DNA from: Nitrospirota bacterium
GTDB taxonomy: Bacteria; Nitrospirota; UBA9217
Assembly: GCA_963790205.1 (NCBI GenBank)
Contig: CAWBNQ010000003.1
Location: 544,001 to 608,000, forward strand
Direction: 5' to 3'
DNA length: 64,000 nucleotides
The translations under genes and the position numbers were made by a program. This document shows positions 9,371 through 18,746 of this stretch, piece after piece. Position 1 is the stretch's first letter. Every line of letters begins with the position of its first letter. Below the pieces are notes generated by a model. The model was not told where the DNA came from. It saw only the letters and a list, made by a program, of their open reading frames with translations, and did not search any database.

Positions 9371-12300
9371 TTACCGCCCCCGTACCTCGGTCTCCACGGC
9401 CTTGTCCTTGCCATCCCTTGAGAAGGTTACCAAAACCTTGTCGCAGGGTTTCAAGGTCTTCAAGATATCGGAAAAGTCCTTGAGATTTGCGATTGCCGTC
9501 CTGTTTATCCTGATGATGATATCGCCCTTCTTCAAACCCGCGGCTTCGGCGGGCGACGCCGGCGCCACGCCGGAAAGCCTGACTCCTTTTCCCGCATACG
9601 CGAAATCGGGTATCGTCCCCAGACTGGCCTTGCGTTCGGTCATCGGCAGTGCCGATGACGGCTCGCCCGGCTTGAGCGTCGATGACAGCGGCCCTTCGCG
9701 GCTCGACAGATACTCGATGACTTCCCTGGTAACGGACGCGACCTTGACGAGCCCGGCGGGGTCGATCTTGTCCGCCGTGTCCGTCGGGCGGTGATAGTCG
9801 AGGTTCGGGCCGGAGAAGAGCTGCACCGCGGGTACGCCCGCTTCCTGAAAACTCTTCTGATCGCTCGAATCGAGCTCCTCCGAGACGGTCGCGATGTCCA
9901 CGCCGGTCACGAAGCCGGCCCCCCGGAAGATGCGCGCCCATTCCGTTGCCGAGCCCGCGCCCAGAATGAGGAGCTTGTTCTTTCCCAGTCTTCCGACCGT
10001 ATCGAGGTTCACCATGCCGATGCACTGAGAGACCGGGTAGCGTTTCTCGCTCTTCACGTACCAGGTCGAGCCGAGCTTGCCCTCCTCCTCCCCGGTGAAG
10101 GCGATGAATACGATGCTGCGGTCCGGGTCTGGATTTTCTTCTTTGAGCGCTTTTGCCAGCTCAAGCAGCACCGCCACGCCGCTTGCGTTGTCGTCCGCAC
10201 CGGGATGGATCTTGCCCCTGTCTTCCGGTCGTCCGATGGCCATGCCGAGCCCCAAATGGTCGTAGTGCGCGCCGACGACCACGCTTTCAGCCGCGAGTCC
10301 GGGTTTTTTGCCGGGCAGCACGGCGACGATGTTCGTCATTCTCATTTTGCCGCCGGGCCTTTCCCACCTTTGAAAGTAACCGTCATTGCCGCCGGGCGTG
10401 AGCCCGGCCTGTTTGAATTTTTCAGCGATGTATGCAGCGGCTTTATCTATCCCGGGAGATCCGAGCTCCCTGCCGTTCAACCTGTCGCTCGACAAGTATT
10501 GCACGGTCTCCATCATCCGCTCTCCGGAATAGACCGGGGGAAGAAAAGCCAACGCATCGCGGTGCGCGAGCTTTCCCCTCTCAACGCGGGACGCGGTCTT
10601 GTCCGGTCCCGGGAGGAAGGCGGTCATGGGAGAATCGACGACCTGCCATCTTCCCTCGGCAACGTTCACCGGCTCATCGCCTTCGAAAACAAGATAACTG
10701 TACTTGTGGTAATGCGGGAGCTTTCGCGCCAGGCCGGGCAGGGACCCGGGCCGGTCAACGGCGATGAACATCAGGGCCGAGTCCTTGTTCCCGGGGTTGC
10801 GCGCGGTCAGCACCACGGCATGATTCAATTTCGTGACCGCGGTTTTCCCGATCTTGAAGCCTGTCCGTGTGAGCGCGACCTCATAGCCGCTCCAGGCCGG
10901 GAGTGCCTTTTCGAGGAAACGGTTTTCCCATCCGAGAAGCGTCACGGCCCGGTCCGCGGGCAGCGCGTTCAGTTCGCTGTCGAGCCGGACCTGCACTTCA
11001 TCGGGCCCCGACCCTGAAAGAGCTTTTGCAAAGGCTTCGTATGCGTTGAGCGATTCCCGCGCGGCTGAAGCGGGAAGGACCACGAGCATCTTTTTGGCGC
11101 CCAGGGCCTGGCTTATGGCCGGCGGCAGCTCGTCCCGGTCGAGCCTCCGAAAGATGTCGAACTCGGGGTCAATGTCGATGCGGAGCGGGGGGCGGGGCAC
11201 GGCGAGGGTCAGAGAGAGCTTTTTACCGTTCATGTCCGCGACGGTCTGAAAAGCCCGCTCTTGACCTTCCATGGTCACGGCAACGGGGATGCGGAGATGG
11301 TACGCCGGGCCGGGCTGGACCTGATCGAGCTGAACGCTCACGACATAGCCTCCTCCGATCCTCTCCATCCTGGCATCGCCCAGGTGAAGCTGAGGCGCCC
11401 CGGTTCTCGTTACCCACTGGTTGAAGTCGAAGCTGAGGCTTTTCCCCGAGACCGTTTCGAAGCTTTTTTCAAGATCATCAAAGGTGGCAAGATGAAATTT
11501 GTTCTTTTGGTAGAAATCGCGGATCGCGGCGATAAAGGTCTTGTCGCCCAGCTCAAGCCGAAGCATGTGGAAGAACATGAGCACCTTGCCGTAGCCCACG
11601 GCCTCCGTTGACGGGCTGTGGCGCGACGTGAACTCCGTGAGCGGAAAGTCCCTGCCTCCCAGGACGTAATCGGCGTACTTCTGGAGCGTGGTCAGCCGGT
11701 AGTCCGCGCCCTTGCCCTGCTGCTCCTGCATGAGATGATCGGCAAGATACGCGGTGATCCCCTCGGACCAGTTGCCTTTCTCGTACACGGGATACACGCT
11801 GTTGCCCCACCAGTTGTGCAGGATCTCGTGGGGGTAGGAGGTATTGATGATGAAGGGAAGCCGGATGACCATGGGCCCCAAAAGCGTGAAGGACGGCATG
11901 CCGAAACCGGTTTCCCAGAAGTTCTCGACCAGGGCGAACTTCTTATAGGGATAAGGGCCGATGAGCTTGTCGTACATGGCGATATAGCGGACCGTGGCGT
12001 CGAGGTACCTGTTTGCCAGGCCGTCATCGGGAGTACGGAGGAACACCATGGCCGTGAGATTGCCAGATTTTTTTTCGTATGACCTGAATCGGGAAGCGAT
12101 CAGATAGATCTCTTCCTGGGGTTCAGGCGAGTCCCAGCGGACGTTGGTTAAGGTCCTGGTCTTCTTGTACAGCGCGCGGTTTCCCTGGCTTACACAGTCC
12201 CATCGGGCGGGCAGCTCTGCGGTAAGCGTGAAGGTCACGAAGTCCGTTTCAAACCGGGGATACCAGGCGGAGCTTCCGGCAAGATAAACGATGTCCTCGG

Positions 12301-12760
12301 TGATGGTCCCGGCGGTCTGGCCGAACCCCCGCGCCTGCTCTTTGCCGACCGGCTCTACGGGATGATAAATTGTTCCGGCGTACCGGATCGAGAAGGTACT
12401 GACGCCTGCCGGAAGCGTCACGACAAACGCTTCCAGGGGGACGGGACCCTGCAGGGCGGTTTCTTTCCTGATGCGCACCTCCGGGTCAAGCGGGGATGGT
12501 TTCAGTCCCGCGTGAAGCAGGAATCGTACATTCTCCTGATCAGGAGGGACGGTGATGGTGTCCGTCGCAGTCAGGCGATGCTCTGCGGGAGAGATGCTCA
12601 CCGTGAGGTCGTGGCGGATGGGTTCGGATGCGAGAAGCAAGGCGGGGATGAACATGACGACGATCAGAATGCAAAGTATGAAAAAAATGCGCCCTTGGCT
12701 GATCGTCATACCCGATAGGGCAGGAATCCGGTTTTTGTCGTTATCTGCAAAGGTCTTCAT
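9371..12760 (-). CDS. Secreted multidomain peptidase: M1 aminopeptidase + M28 peptidase + PDZ
   Basis: HEILH..E (M1); GAHYDHLG, GADDNASG and TGEE (M28); C-terminal LGTIPDF..PDZ. RBS-preceded ATG at 12760. Confidence 0.88.
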   Translation of the reverse strand: MKTFADNDKNRIPALSGMTISQGRIFFILCILIVVMFIPALLLASEPIRHDLTVSISPAEHRLTATDTITVPPDQENVRFLLHAGLKPSPLDPEVRIRKETALQGPVPLEAFVVTLPAGVSTFSIRYAGTIYHPVEPVGKEQARGFGQTAGTITEDIVYLAGSSAWYPRFETDFVTFTLTAELPARWDCVSQGNRALYKKTRTLTNVRWDSPEPQEEIYLIASRFRSYEKKSGNLTAMVFLRTPDDGLANRYLDATVRYIAMYDKLIGPYPYKKFALVENFWETGFGMPSFTLLGPMVIRLPFIINTSYPHEILHNWWGNSVYPVYEKGNWSEGITAYLADHLMQEQQGKGADYRLTTLQKYADYVLGGRDFPLTEFTSRHSPSTEAVGYGKVLMFFHMLRLELGDKTFIAAIRDFYQKNKFHLATFDDLEKSFETVSGKSLSFDFNQWVTRTGAPQLHLGDARMERIGGGYVVSVQLDQVQPGPAYHLRIPVAVTMEGQERAFQTVADMNGKKLSLTLAVPRPPLRIDIDPEFDIFRRLDRDELPPAISQALGAKKMLVVLPASAARESLNAYEAFAKALSGSGPDEVQVRLDSELNALPADRAVTLLGWENRFLEKALPAWSGYEVALTRTGFKIGKTAVTKLNHAVVLTARNPGNKDSALMFIAVDRPGSLPGLARKLPHYHKYSYLVFEGDEPVNVAEGRWQVVDSPMTAFLPGPDKTASRVERGKLAHRDALAFLPPVYSGERMMETVQYLSSDRLNGRELGSPGIDKAAAYIAEKFKQAGLTPGGNDGYFQRWERPGGKMRMTNIVAVLPGKKPGLAAESVVVGAHYDHLGLGMAIGRPEDRGKIHPGADDNASGVAVLLELAKALKEENPDPDRSIVFIAFTGEEEGKLGSTWYVKSEKRYPVSQCIGMVNLDTVGRLGKNKLLILGAGSATEWARIFRGAGFVTGVDIATVSEELDSSDQKSFQEAGVPAVQLFSGPNLDYHRPTDTADKIDPAGLVKVASVTREVIEYLSSREGPLSSTLKPGEPSSALPMTERKASLGTIPDFAYAGKGVRLSGVAPASPAEAAGLKKGDIIIRINRTAIANLKDFSDILKTLKPCDKVLVTFSRDGKDKAVETEVRGR

Positions 12761-12892
12761 AATTAGTTTTTCACTCCCCTTTGGTTGTTGGACAGTTTTC
12801 TTTTCCGATATCCTCTCCCCGCAAGAAGAGGGCGGGTGAAGGGTTCTCACTGCGACGCGCACGGCATAATTATAACACAATGGAATATCCTG

Positions 12893-12921
12893 TTGACACG
12901 CCATGGGACTCTTTCTATACT
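12893..12921 (+). promoter_or_regulatory. Sigma70-type promoter for the 12993 gene
   Basis: TTGACA-N17-TATACT. Confidence 0.65.
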
Positions 12922-12992
12922 CGGGGAAACAGGGCCGTCACCACGGGATGCAGAAGGAATCCGTAAATTATAAATAGTAGGGGAGGCAGGTC

Positions 12993-13445
12993 ATGAAAAG
13001 AATCGTTTTCGCAGTTGCTGTTGTGTTCCTCGTCGGCGCGCTTCCGGGCGTCGCCCGCGCCGATCTGGACGGCTTTCTTCAGAAGTTGAACGTGCAGGCC
13101 GGGGCCGATATGGGCAAGTACAGCGTCCAGCTGGCAGCGCAGTTCGGCGTGCCGCAGGCGCAGGTCACCGCCATCATCAGGAGAGTTGATTCCCCGGCCG
13201 ACGCCTTCATGTGCCTTCAGCTGGGCCGGATGACGAGGAAGGATCCCGAGAGCGTGGTGCAGATGTATCAGGGCAACAAGGGAAAGGGATGGGGCGCTAT
13301 CGCCAGGGAAATGGGCATCAAGCCGGGTTCGCCCGAATTCCACGCCCTCAAGCGCGGTGATTTCGCCTTGACCGGCCAGCCGGGAGGCGGCGCTGAGCAT
13401 GGACATGGAAAAGGCAGGGGCAGGGGGAGAGGTCGCGAAGATTAA
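12993..13445 (+). CDS. Conserved hypothetical secreted protein with Gly/His/Arg-rich tail
   Basis: Signal peptide, GWGAIAREMGIKPGSPEFHALK motif, GGAGG RBS. Confidence 0.8.
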   Translation: MKRIVFAVAVVFLVGALPGVARADLDGFLQKLNVQAGADMGKYSVQLAAQFGVPQAQVTAIIRRVDSPADAFMCLQLGRMTRKDPESVVQMYQGNKGKGWGAIAREMGIKPGSPEFHALKRGDFALTGQPGGGAEHGHGKGRGRGRGRED

Positions 13446-13643
13446 TCCGAGTTTCCGCGACGGGAAGTCCCCCTCTCCCTATGAGGAGAGGGGGTGAAAC
13501 AGGGACCGAGTGGAAGCCGGGACAAGGCCTGTGCCGAAATCGGGTTGTCAGCGGTCTCAAAAATGTGCGGATATTATTTTGGATCCAGGCCAGCGGGCAA
13601 ATGCCGCCTGACATCATGCCGGTCTTTTTTGCGTGATCCTCGT

Positions 13644-13681
13644 GCCCCCCCCCGATGAAGCCGGGGGGGGGCTTATTTTTT
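13644..13681. terminator. GC hairpin between convergent genes, probable terminator
   Basis: GC9...G9C stem followed by TTATTTTTT. Confidence 0.6.
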
Positions 13682-13685
13682 CATA

Positions 13686-15644
13686 TTAAATCGTCTTCGT
13701 TGCCTCGTTCGAGAAGCCGCTTTCATTGCCGGAGCTGTCGTAGGCCGTCACGACAAAATAGTAGGTACCCGGCGCGAGATTACTGACAACGTATGTCGTG
13801 ACATTTCCGACATTCACCACCGTAGTATAATTCCCCGATGATGTTCCCATGTAAACCTTGTAACCCGCCAGATCGGTCAGGGCTGTTCCATCGGTATTGG
13901 TCGTCGGGGCGTTCCATGACAAGGTTGCCGACCCTGTTGTGATCGCCGTAACGGTGAGTGCGGCAGTTGCCGAAACGCCACCCGAGGTCGCCGTGATCGT
14001 CGCAGTCCCGGCGGCCACCGCTGTTGCAAGGCCGTAAGAGCCTGCCGCGTTGCTGATCGTAGCCGCAGCTGTGTTGGACGAGCTCCAGGTCGAGGCTGCG
14101 GTCAGGTCCTGCGTAGTGCTATCCGAAAATGTTCCCGTGGCCTTGAACTGCTGGTTCGCCCCCTGGGCTATGCTTGCCGTGGCTGGAGTGACCGCAATCG
14201 ATACGAGCGTTGCCGGGGTCACGGTGAGGGTGGTCGATCTCGTTATGCTTCCCGACGCTGCCATGATCGTTGTTGAGCCTGTCGAGACCGAGGTGGCCAA
14301 TCCATTGCTGCCCGCAGCATTGCTGATGGTTGCAACGGCCGTGGAGGATGAGCTCCAGGTCACGGCTGCCGTCACGTTCTGCGTCGTGCCGTCCGAGTAA
14401 GTACCTGTGGCTGAGAATTGTTTGGTCGTCCCCTTGGCGACGCTCGGATTGATCGGGGAGACCGCAATGGACACGAGTGTCGCAGCAGTCACGGTCAGAG
14501 CGGTCGATCCTGATATACTTCCCGACGCTGCCGTGATCGTTGATGTGCCTGTGGCCAATGAGGTGGCAAATCCATTGCTGCCCGCGGCATTACTGATGGC
14601 CGCAACGGCAGTACTGGAAGAGCTCCAGGCCGCCACTGTCGTCAGGTTCTGTGTCGTACCGTCCGTGTAAGTACCTGTGGCCGAGAATTGTTTGGTCGTC
14701 CCCTTGGCTATGCTGGGATTGGTCGGGGAGACCGCAATGGACACGAGCGTCGCAGCAGTCACGGTCAGAGTGGTCGAACCCCCTATGCTTCCCAATGCGG
14801 CTGTGATCGTTGCCGATCCCGCGGCTACCGAGGTCGCCAACCCCTTGGAGCCGGCCGTATTGCTGATGGTTGCCGCTCCGGAATTGGATGAACCCCAGGT
14901 CACCGCTGTTGTCAGGTCCTGCGTCGTATTGTCCGAGTAAACTCCGGTTGCCTTGAATTGTATGGCTGTCCCGGCGGCGATGCCCGGATTGGTCGGGGTG
15001 ACCTGGATGGACACGAGCGTAGCCGGGGTCACCGAGAGCGTGGTTGATCCGGCGATACTTCCCGATGTGGCCGTGATCGTCGTCGATCCCGAGGCCACTG
15101 CGGTGGCCAAGCCATTACTGACGGTCGCCACTCCCGTATTGGATGAACTCCAGGTAACCGATGGGGTCAAATCCTGCGTCGTATTGTCTGTGAACGTTCC
15201 CGTTGCCGTGAATTGCTGTGCCGTCCCTTTGGCGATGCCGGGGTTGGTCGGGGTGACCGCAATGGACACGAGTGTTGCCGGGGTCACCGAGAGCGTGGTC
15301 GATCCCGATGTGCTTCCCGACGAGGCCGCGATCGTAGCCTTGCCGACAGCCTTGCCTGTTACATACCCCGCCTTGTTATCGACAGCTGCGACAGTCGTAT
15401 CGGATGAAGTCCAGGCTACTGATGCTGTGACGTCTTGTGTCGTGTTGTCCGAGTAGATGCCGGTCGCTATGAATTGTTGACCCGTACTTGCCGCTATCGC
15501 GGGGGAAGCAGGCGTTACCGAAATAGCTGTCAGTTGGGCTCCGCTGGAGGAAGCAACGCTGCTGACTCCGCCGGCCCCGCATCCTGCCAGGCCCGCAACA
15601 AATAACGATGCCAAAAGAATGAAGCAAGTTTTATTTCTCAGCAT
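13686..15644 (-). CDS. Lipoprotein adhesin with six Big_2 (Ig-like) repeats and a C-terminal FN3 domain
   Basis: Lipobox LAGC; six ~90-aa repeats (LVSIAVTP...F.ATGT.SD.TTQD.T..V.WSSS); FN3-like ATLSWNAP...YYFVVTAYD. Confidence 0.9.
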   Translation of the reverse strand: MLRNKTCFILLASLFVAGLAGCGAGGVSSVASSSGAQLTAISVTPASPAIAASTGQQFIATGIYSDNTTQDVTASVAWTSSDTTVAAVDNKAGYVTGKAVGKATIAASSGSTSGSTTLSVTPATLVSIAVTPTNPGIAKGTAQQFTATGTFTDNTTQDLTPSVTWSSSNTGVATVSNGLATAVASGSTTITATSGSIAGSTTLSVTPATLVSIQVTPTNPGIAAGTAIQFKATGVYSDNTTQDLTTAVTWGSSNSGAATISNTAGSKGLATSVAAGSATITAALGSIGGSTTLTVTAATLVSIAVSPTNPSIAKGTTKQFSATGTYTDGTTQNLTTVAAWSSSSTAVAAISNAAGSNGFATSLATGTSTITAASGSISGSTALTVTAATLVSIAVSPINPSVAKGTTKQFSATGTYSDGTTQNVTAAVTWSSSSTAVATISNAAGSNGLATSVSTGSTTIMAASGSITRSTTLTVTPATLVSIAVTPATASIAQGANQQFKATGTFSDSTTQDLTAASTWSSSNTAAATISNAAGSYGLATAVAAGTATITATSGGVSATAALTVTAITTGSATLSWNAPTTNTDGTALTDLAGYKVYMGTSSGNYTTVVNVGNVTTYVVSNLAPGTYYFVVTAYDSSGNESGFSNEATKTI

Positions 15645-15666
15645 TTAGTATTCCCTCCCTTTGTGG

Positions 15667-15700
15667 ACAAAAATAGCCGCCGGAAATATCTCCGGCGGCT
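15667..15700 (-). terminator. Intrinsic terminator, expression platform of the riboswitch
   Basis: AGCCGCCGGA-gatatt-TCCGGCGGCT followed by ATTTTTGT on the minus strand; overlaps the 3' P1 strand. Confidence 0.8.
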
Positions 15701-15776
15701 CGGCGGACATTGAATTCATGATTCGTTAGTCCCGTTGCTCTGCGTCCCAGGGTTTCCCCTGGTTTGCTCTGAGACA
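15687..15776 (-). ncRNA. GEMM-I (c-di-GMP-I class) riboswitch, A20 variant
   Basis: Minus strand reads UGUCUCAGAGCAAACCAGGG-GAAA-CCCUGGGACGCAGAGCAACGGGACUAA...AUGUCCGCCGAGCCGCCGGAGAUA: GNRA-capped P2, UAA/AUG receptor, P1 UGUCUC/GAGAUA. Confidence 0.88.
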
Positions 15777-15880
15777 GAGGAAGAATTAAAACGGCAGTAA
15801 CTGCCTAATTATTTGAAAAGATCGTGTGAGACTTTCGTATCGCGCTTGAAACAATATTACGGAGGTATAGGGGAAAAGTA

Positions 15881-15920
15881 TGTGATTCTGATTACATAGT
15901 ACTTTGTGATTCAAGTCACA
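15881..15920. promoter_or_regulatory. Two tandem CRP/FNR-family boxes
   Basis: TGTGA-ttctga-TTACA (15881-15896) and TGTGA-ttcaag-TCACA (15905-15920). Confidence 0.6.
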
Positions 15921-16170
15921 CGAATAAAGTGGCGGGCCTTTGCCGGTCATTCGGGTTGGTCATGTGCCGGGATAGAGGAGATTGCTGCTCGTCGAAATTT
16001 CAAGGGAGATGCCGACAGGAAGGACAGGCAATAATGTGTATTGCCTGGCAACGGGAAATGGCGTATTCAAGCAGCATCGTGTTCTTCGGGCCGTACCATG
16101 TGATTATCGGCGTGATTATCGGCCCGAAAGCGGCGTGATATGCTTGCGGGGGGGGGGGGGATAGGTGAAA

Positions 16171-16662
16171 TCAGTCGTGCGTCGCAACGGGCTTCAAGGC
16201 GTCGCCGCTGAACCGTTCGACGATCTCCAGCCGTTCGATGCCTCGTTCATCGAACTCTTCGGCATACCGCTCCTCGAAGGGGTCTACGAAGGCGTGGCGG
16301 TCCTCATGGCCCAGCAGGTCCAGTTTTTCATAGCCGCCAGCCTGACGGGCCGCGTCCCGCTCCGCAAACCGGACGATCAGTTCGTCCCAGAACGAAAGGT
16401 CGACGAACTCGTCGATGAATTCCAGGGAACGGGAGGTTTCTTCAAGCATCTTTGTCGGACGGTATTTCCCTCCCGCGGGGTCATACTCGATCAGGTCTCC
16501 GCGGCCTATTTCACGGGCGAGGGCGTAGAATTTCTGGATGATCACTTCCAACTTTTCAACGTGCGGGTCTACCTTGGTCTTGTGGGAGACGAGGACCCAG
16601 CTCGCGATGTGGAGTAGGTCGAGCAAATCGACATACTCTTCTTTCGTGATATCAATCTTCAT
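16171..16662 (-). CDS. Hypothetical acidic protein
   Basis: 163-aa ORF with AAGGA RBS and native-looking codon usage. Confidence 0.75.
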   Translation of the reverse strand: MKIDITKEEYVDLLDLLHIASWVLVSHKTKVDPHVEKLEVIIQKFYALAREIGRGDLIEYDPAGGKYRPTKMLEETSRSLEFIDEFVDLSFWDELIVRFAERDAARQAGGYEKLDLLGHEDRHAFVDPFEERYAEEFDERGIERLEIVERFSGDALKPVATHD

Positions 16663-16775
16663 GTATTCCTTTCGCTGTGGTTTCCATATCGGCTCAAACA
16701 GTCAGTTTAAACGGTTTGAACCGTTCAAACGGCTGAAGCAGCGTGTCCCTCCGCGGTTACAACCCTTCTGCCGGA

Positions 16776-17170
16776 TCACTCAACCCAGTCCGCGATGAAG
16801 ATGTCCGTCTTGTGCGGCTTTTGCGGGTTGCGGTTCGAGGCCCAGGCCAGTTTTTTCCCATCCGGCGAGAACATGGGGAAGCTGTCGAAGACGTTGTTAT
16901 AGGTCAGCCGCGTAAGATTCGTGCCGTCCTCGTTGATCAGGTAGAGCCCGAAGTTGTGGCCGTAGGCCTTGATGTCCGGTCGCCAGTCGTCCCTGTTGCT
17001 TGCTAAGATGATCCGTTTCCCGTCCGGCGAGAACCACGGGCCGCCGTTATAGCCCATGCGGTCGGTCAAGCGCCGCACGTTCGACCCGTCGGCATTCATG
17101 ATATAGACATCGAAATTCCCCTCGCGCTGCGACCCGAACACGATCTGCTTCCCGTCGGCAGAGACGAACG
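16776..17170 (-). pseudogene. C-terminal half of a TolB-like PD40 beta-propeller gene
   Basis: FVSADGKQIVFGSQR, WFSPDGKRII, FPMFSPDGKKLAWASNR...IFIADW; no own start codon. Confidence 0.85.
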
Positions 17171-17302
17171 AAGGTTCGCATAGGCATCTGCAGGGAGCTC
17201 GATTCTCAAGGAAAAAAAATCGTATTCGCTCGCATTCCCCGCAAAAGACTGCGGGCAATGTGCTTACTCCAGAATTCGTTATCTCACGGGGGTATCAAAT
17301 CA

Positions 17303-17789
17303 ATGAAAAACGCGCTCTCTGTTCTCTTCATGATTTTTCTCATCTCAGGATGCCCCGGCAAGCATTCGGGAACCGGCCATACTGGCGGAGCCGGCATCGA
17401 GCGCCATTTGAAGAACGTGACCCAACTCACCTTCGACAGCGACAACGGAGAGGCATACTTCTCCTGGGACGGAAGGAAGCTCATCTGGCAATCCAGCCGG
17501 GCGGATACGCCTGCGACAAGATCTGGACCATGAACATCGACGGCTCTGACAAGCGCATGGTAAGCCCCGACCACGGCGCGCAGACGTGCTCCTTCTTCTT
17601 CCCGGGGGACCAGAGGATCGTCTTCGCTTCGACAAGCCACTTTCCCGGCGACTGCCCGCCGAAGTCGAAGACGCCCGCGGGCGTGCGCTACGTTTGGCCG
17701 CTCTACCCCTACAATATTTTCACGGCAAAGGTTGACGGCTCCGATCTCAAAAGGATCACCGACAATCCGAAGTACGACGCCGAACCGTT
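17303..17789 (+). pseudogene. N-terminal half of the same TolB-like lipoprotein, inverted and frameshifted
   Basis: MKNALS...ISGC lipobox, QLTFDSDNGEAYFS, frameshift near 17501, ends at ITDNPKYDAEP. Confidence 0.85.
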
Positions 17790-17908
17790 TACTGCAGGGA
17801 GCTCAATTATATATGTTTGGACCTGTTCTGTAAAGCATCATCAGGTTTCAGTATGGAATTCGGCTATACTTTTATGAGAGAGCGAACAGAAAAACGGTAA
17901 AAAATCGG

Positions 17909-18661
17909 ATGAGCTATTTTCTGCAACAAACCGCAGCAAAAAAACCGGCATCGGCTGCAGTCCCCGTCTTTCACGTACGCGGTCTCACGAAGATCTACGA
18001 GATGGGCGAGGTGAAGGTGGCGGCATTGCGCGGCGTGGATTTCGATCTTCTTTCCGCCGAGCTGATCGTGCTCCTGGGGCCGTCGGGGAGCGGAAAGTCC
18101 ACGCTTTTGAACATTCTGGGCGGGCTCGACACAGCAACGGAGGGAGAGGTGATCTATTGCGGAAAGGACCTCACGCGCGCCACGGAGCAGGAGCTCACCG
18201 AGTACCGGCGGTTCCATGTGGGCTTCGTGTTCCAGTTCTACAACCTGATCCCGAGCTTGACCGCCCGGGAGAACGTTGCGGTGGTGACGGAGATCGCGAA
18301 CAACCCGATGCGCCCTGAGGACGCCCTTGCCGTCGTCGGCCTCGCGGAGCGGCTCGACCATTTCCCGGCGCAGCTTTCGGGCGGCGAACAGCAGCGGATC
18401 GCCATTGCCCGGGCGATCTCGAAGAACCCCGAGGTGCTCCTGTGCGACGAGCCCACGGGCGCCCTCGATTCCCAGACCGGGATCGTCGTTCTCGAAGCGC
18501 TGGAGCGGGTGAACCGCGAGCTCGGGACCGCCACGGTCATCATCACCCACAACGTCGACATCGCGGCCATGGCGGACCGCGTAGTCCATCTCTCCAACGG
18601 CCTCATCGCTGAAACTGCGAGGAACGCGAAGAGAAAGCCGCCGAGGGAGCTGCATTGGTAG
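17909..18661 (+). CDS. ABC transporter ATP-binding protein (LolD/MacB type)
   Basis: [28 protein letters not shown]. Confidence 0.95.
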   Translation: MSYFLQQTAAKKPASAAVPVFHVRGLTKIYEMGEVKVAALRGVDFDLLSAELIVLLGPSGSGKSTLLNILGGLDTATEGEVIYCGKDLTRATEQELTEYRRFHVGFVFQFYNLIPSLTARENVAVVTEIANNPMRPEDALAVVGLAERLDHFPAQLSGGEQQRIAIARAISKNPEVLLCDEPTGALDSQTGIVVLEALERVNRELGTATVIITHNVDIAAMADRVVHLSNGLIAETARNAKRKPPRELHW

Positions 18662-18670
18662 GGCATTTAT

Positions 18671-18740
18671 AGATTGTCGATTGTTGATTGTAGAGTGAGG
18701 ATCAAGTGAGTTTTTCAATCAACAATCATCGATCAGCAAT
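18671..18740. repeat. Intergenic heptamer-repeat palindrome
   Basis: GATTGTC GATTGTT GATTGTA ... CAATCAA CAATCAT CGATCAG; a related heptamer run lies at 21116-21152. Confidence 0.6.
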
Positions 18741-18746
18741 GATCTT

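Noticed and set aside
9791..11017. Long antisense ORFs (e.g. 408 aa here, 454 aa at 29925-31289)
   Set aside because: Shadows of GC-rich genes on the opposite strand with no recognisable motifs.
12812..13500. CCTCTCCC...GAGAGGG hairpins at about 12812-12843 and 13467-13495 as ends of a mobile cassette
   Set aside because: They look like generic REP-type palindromes; no target duplication or transposase link is visible.
13950..15530. Regular ~270-bp repeats and the periodic plus-strand ORFs over them
   Set aside because: They are the coding Big_2 repeats and their antisense shadows. There are no spacers, so not CRISPR, and no reverse transcriptase to suggest a DGR.
16148..16160. G13 homopolymer as a phase-variation tract
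   Set aside because: It lies just past a stop codon, not in a CDS or an evident promoter.
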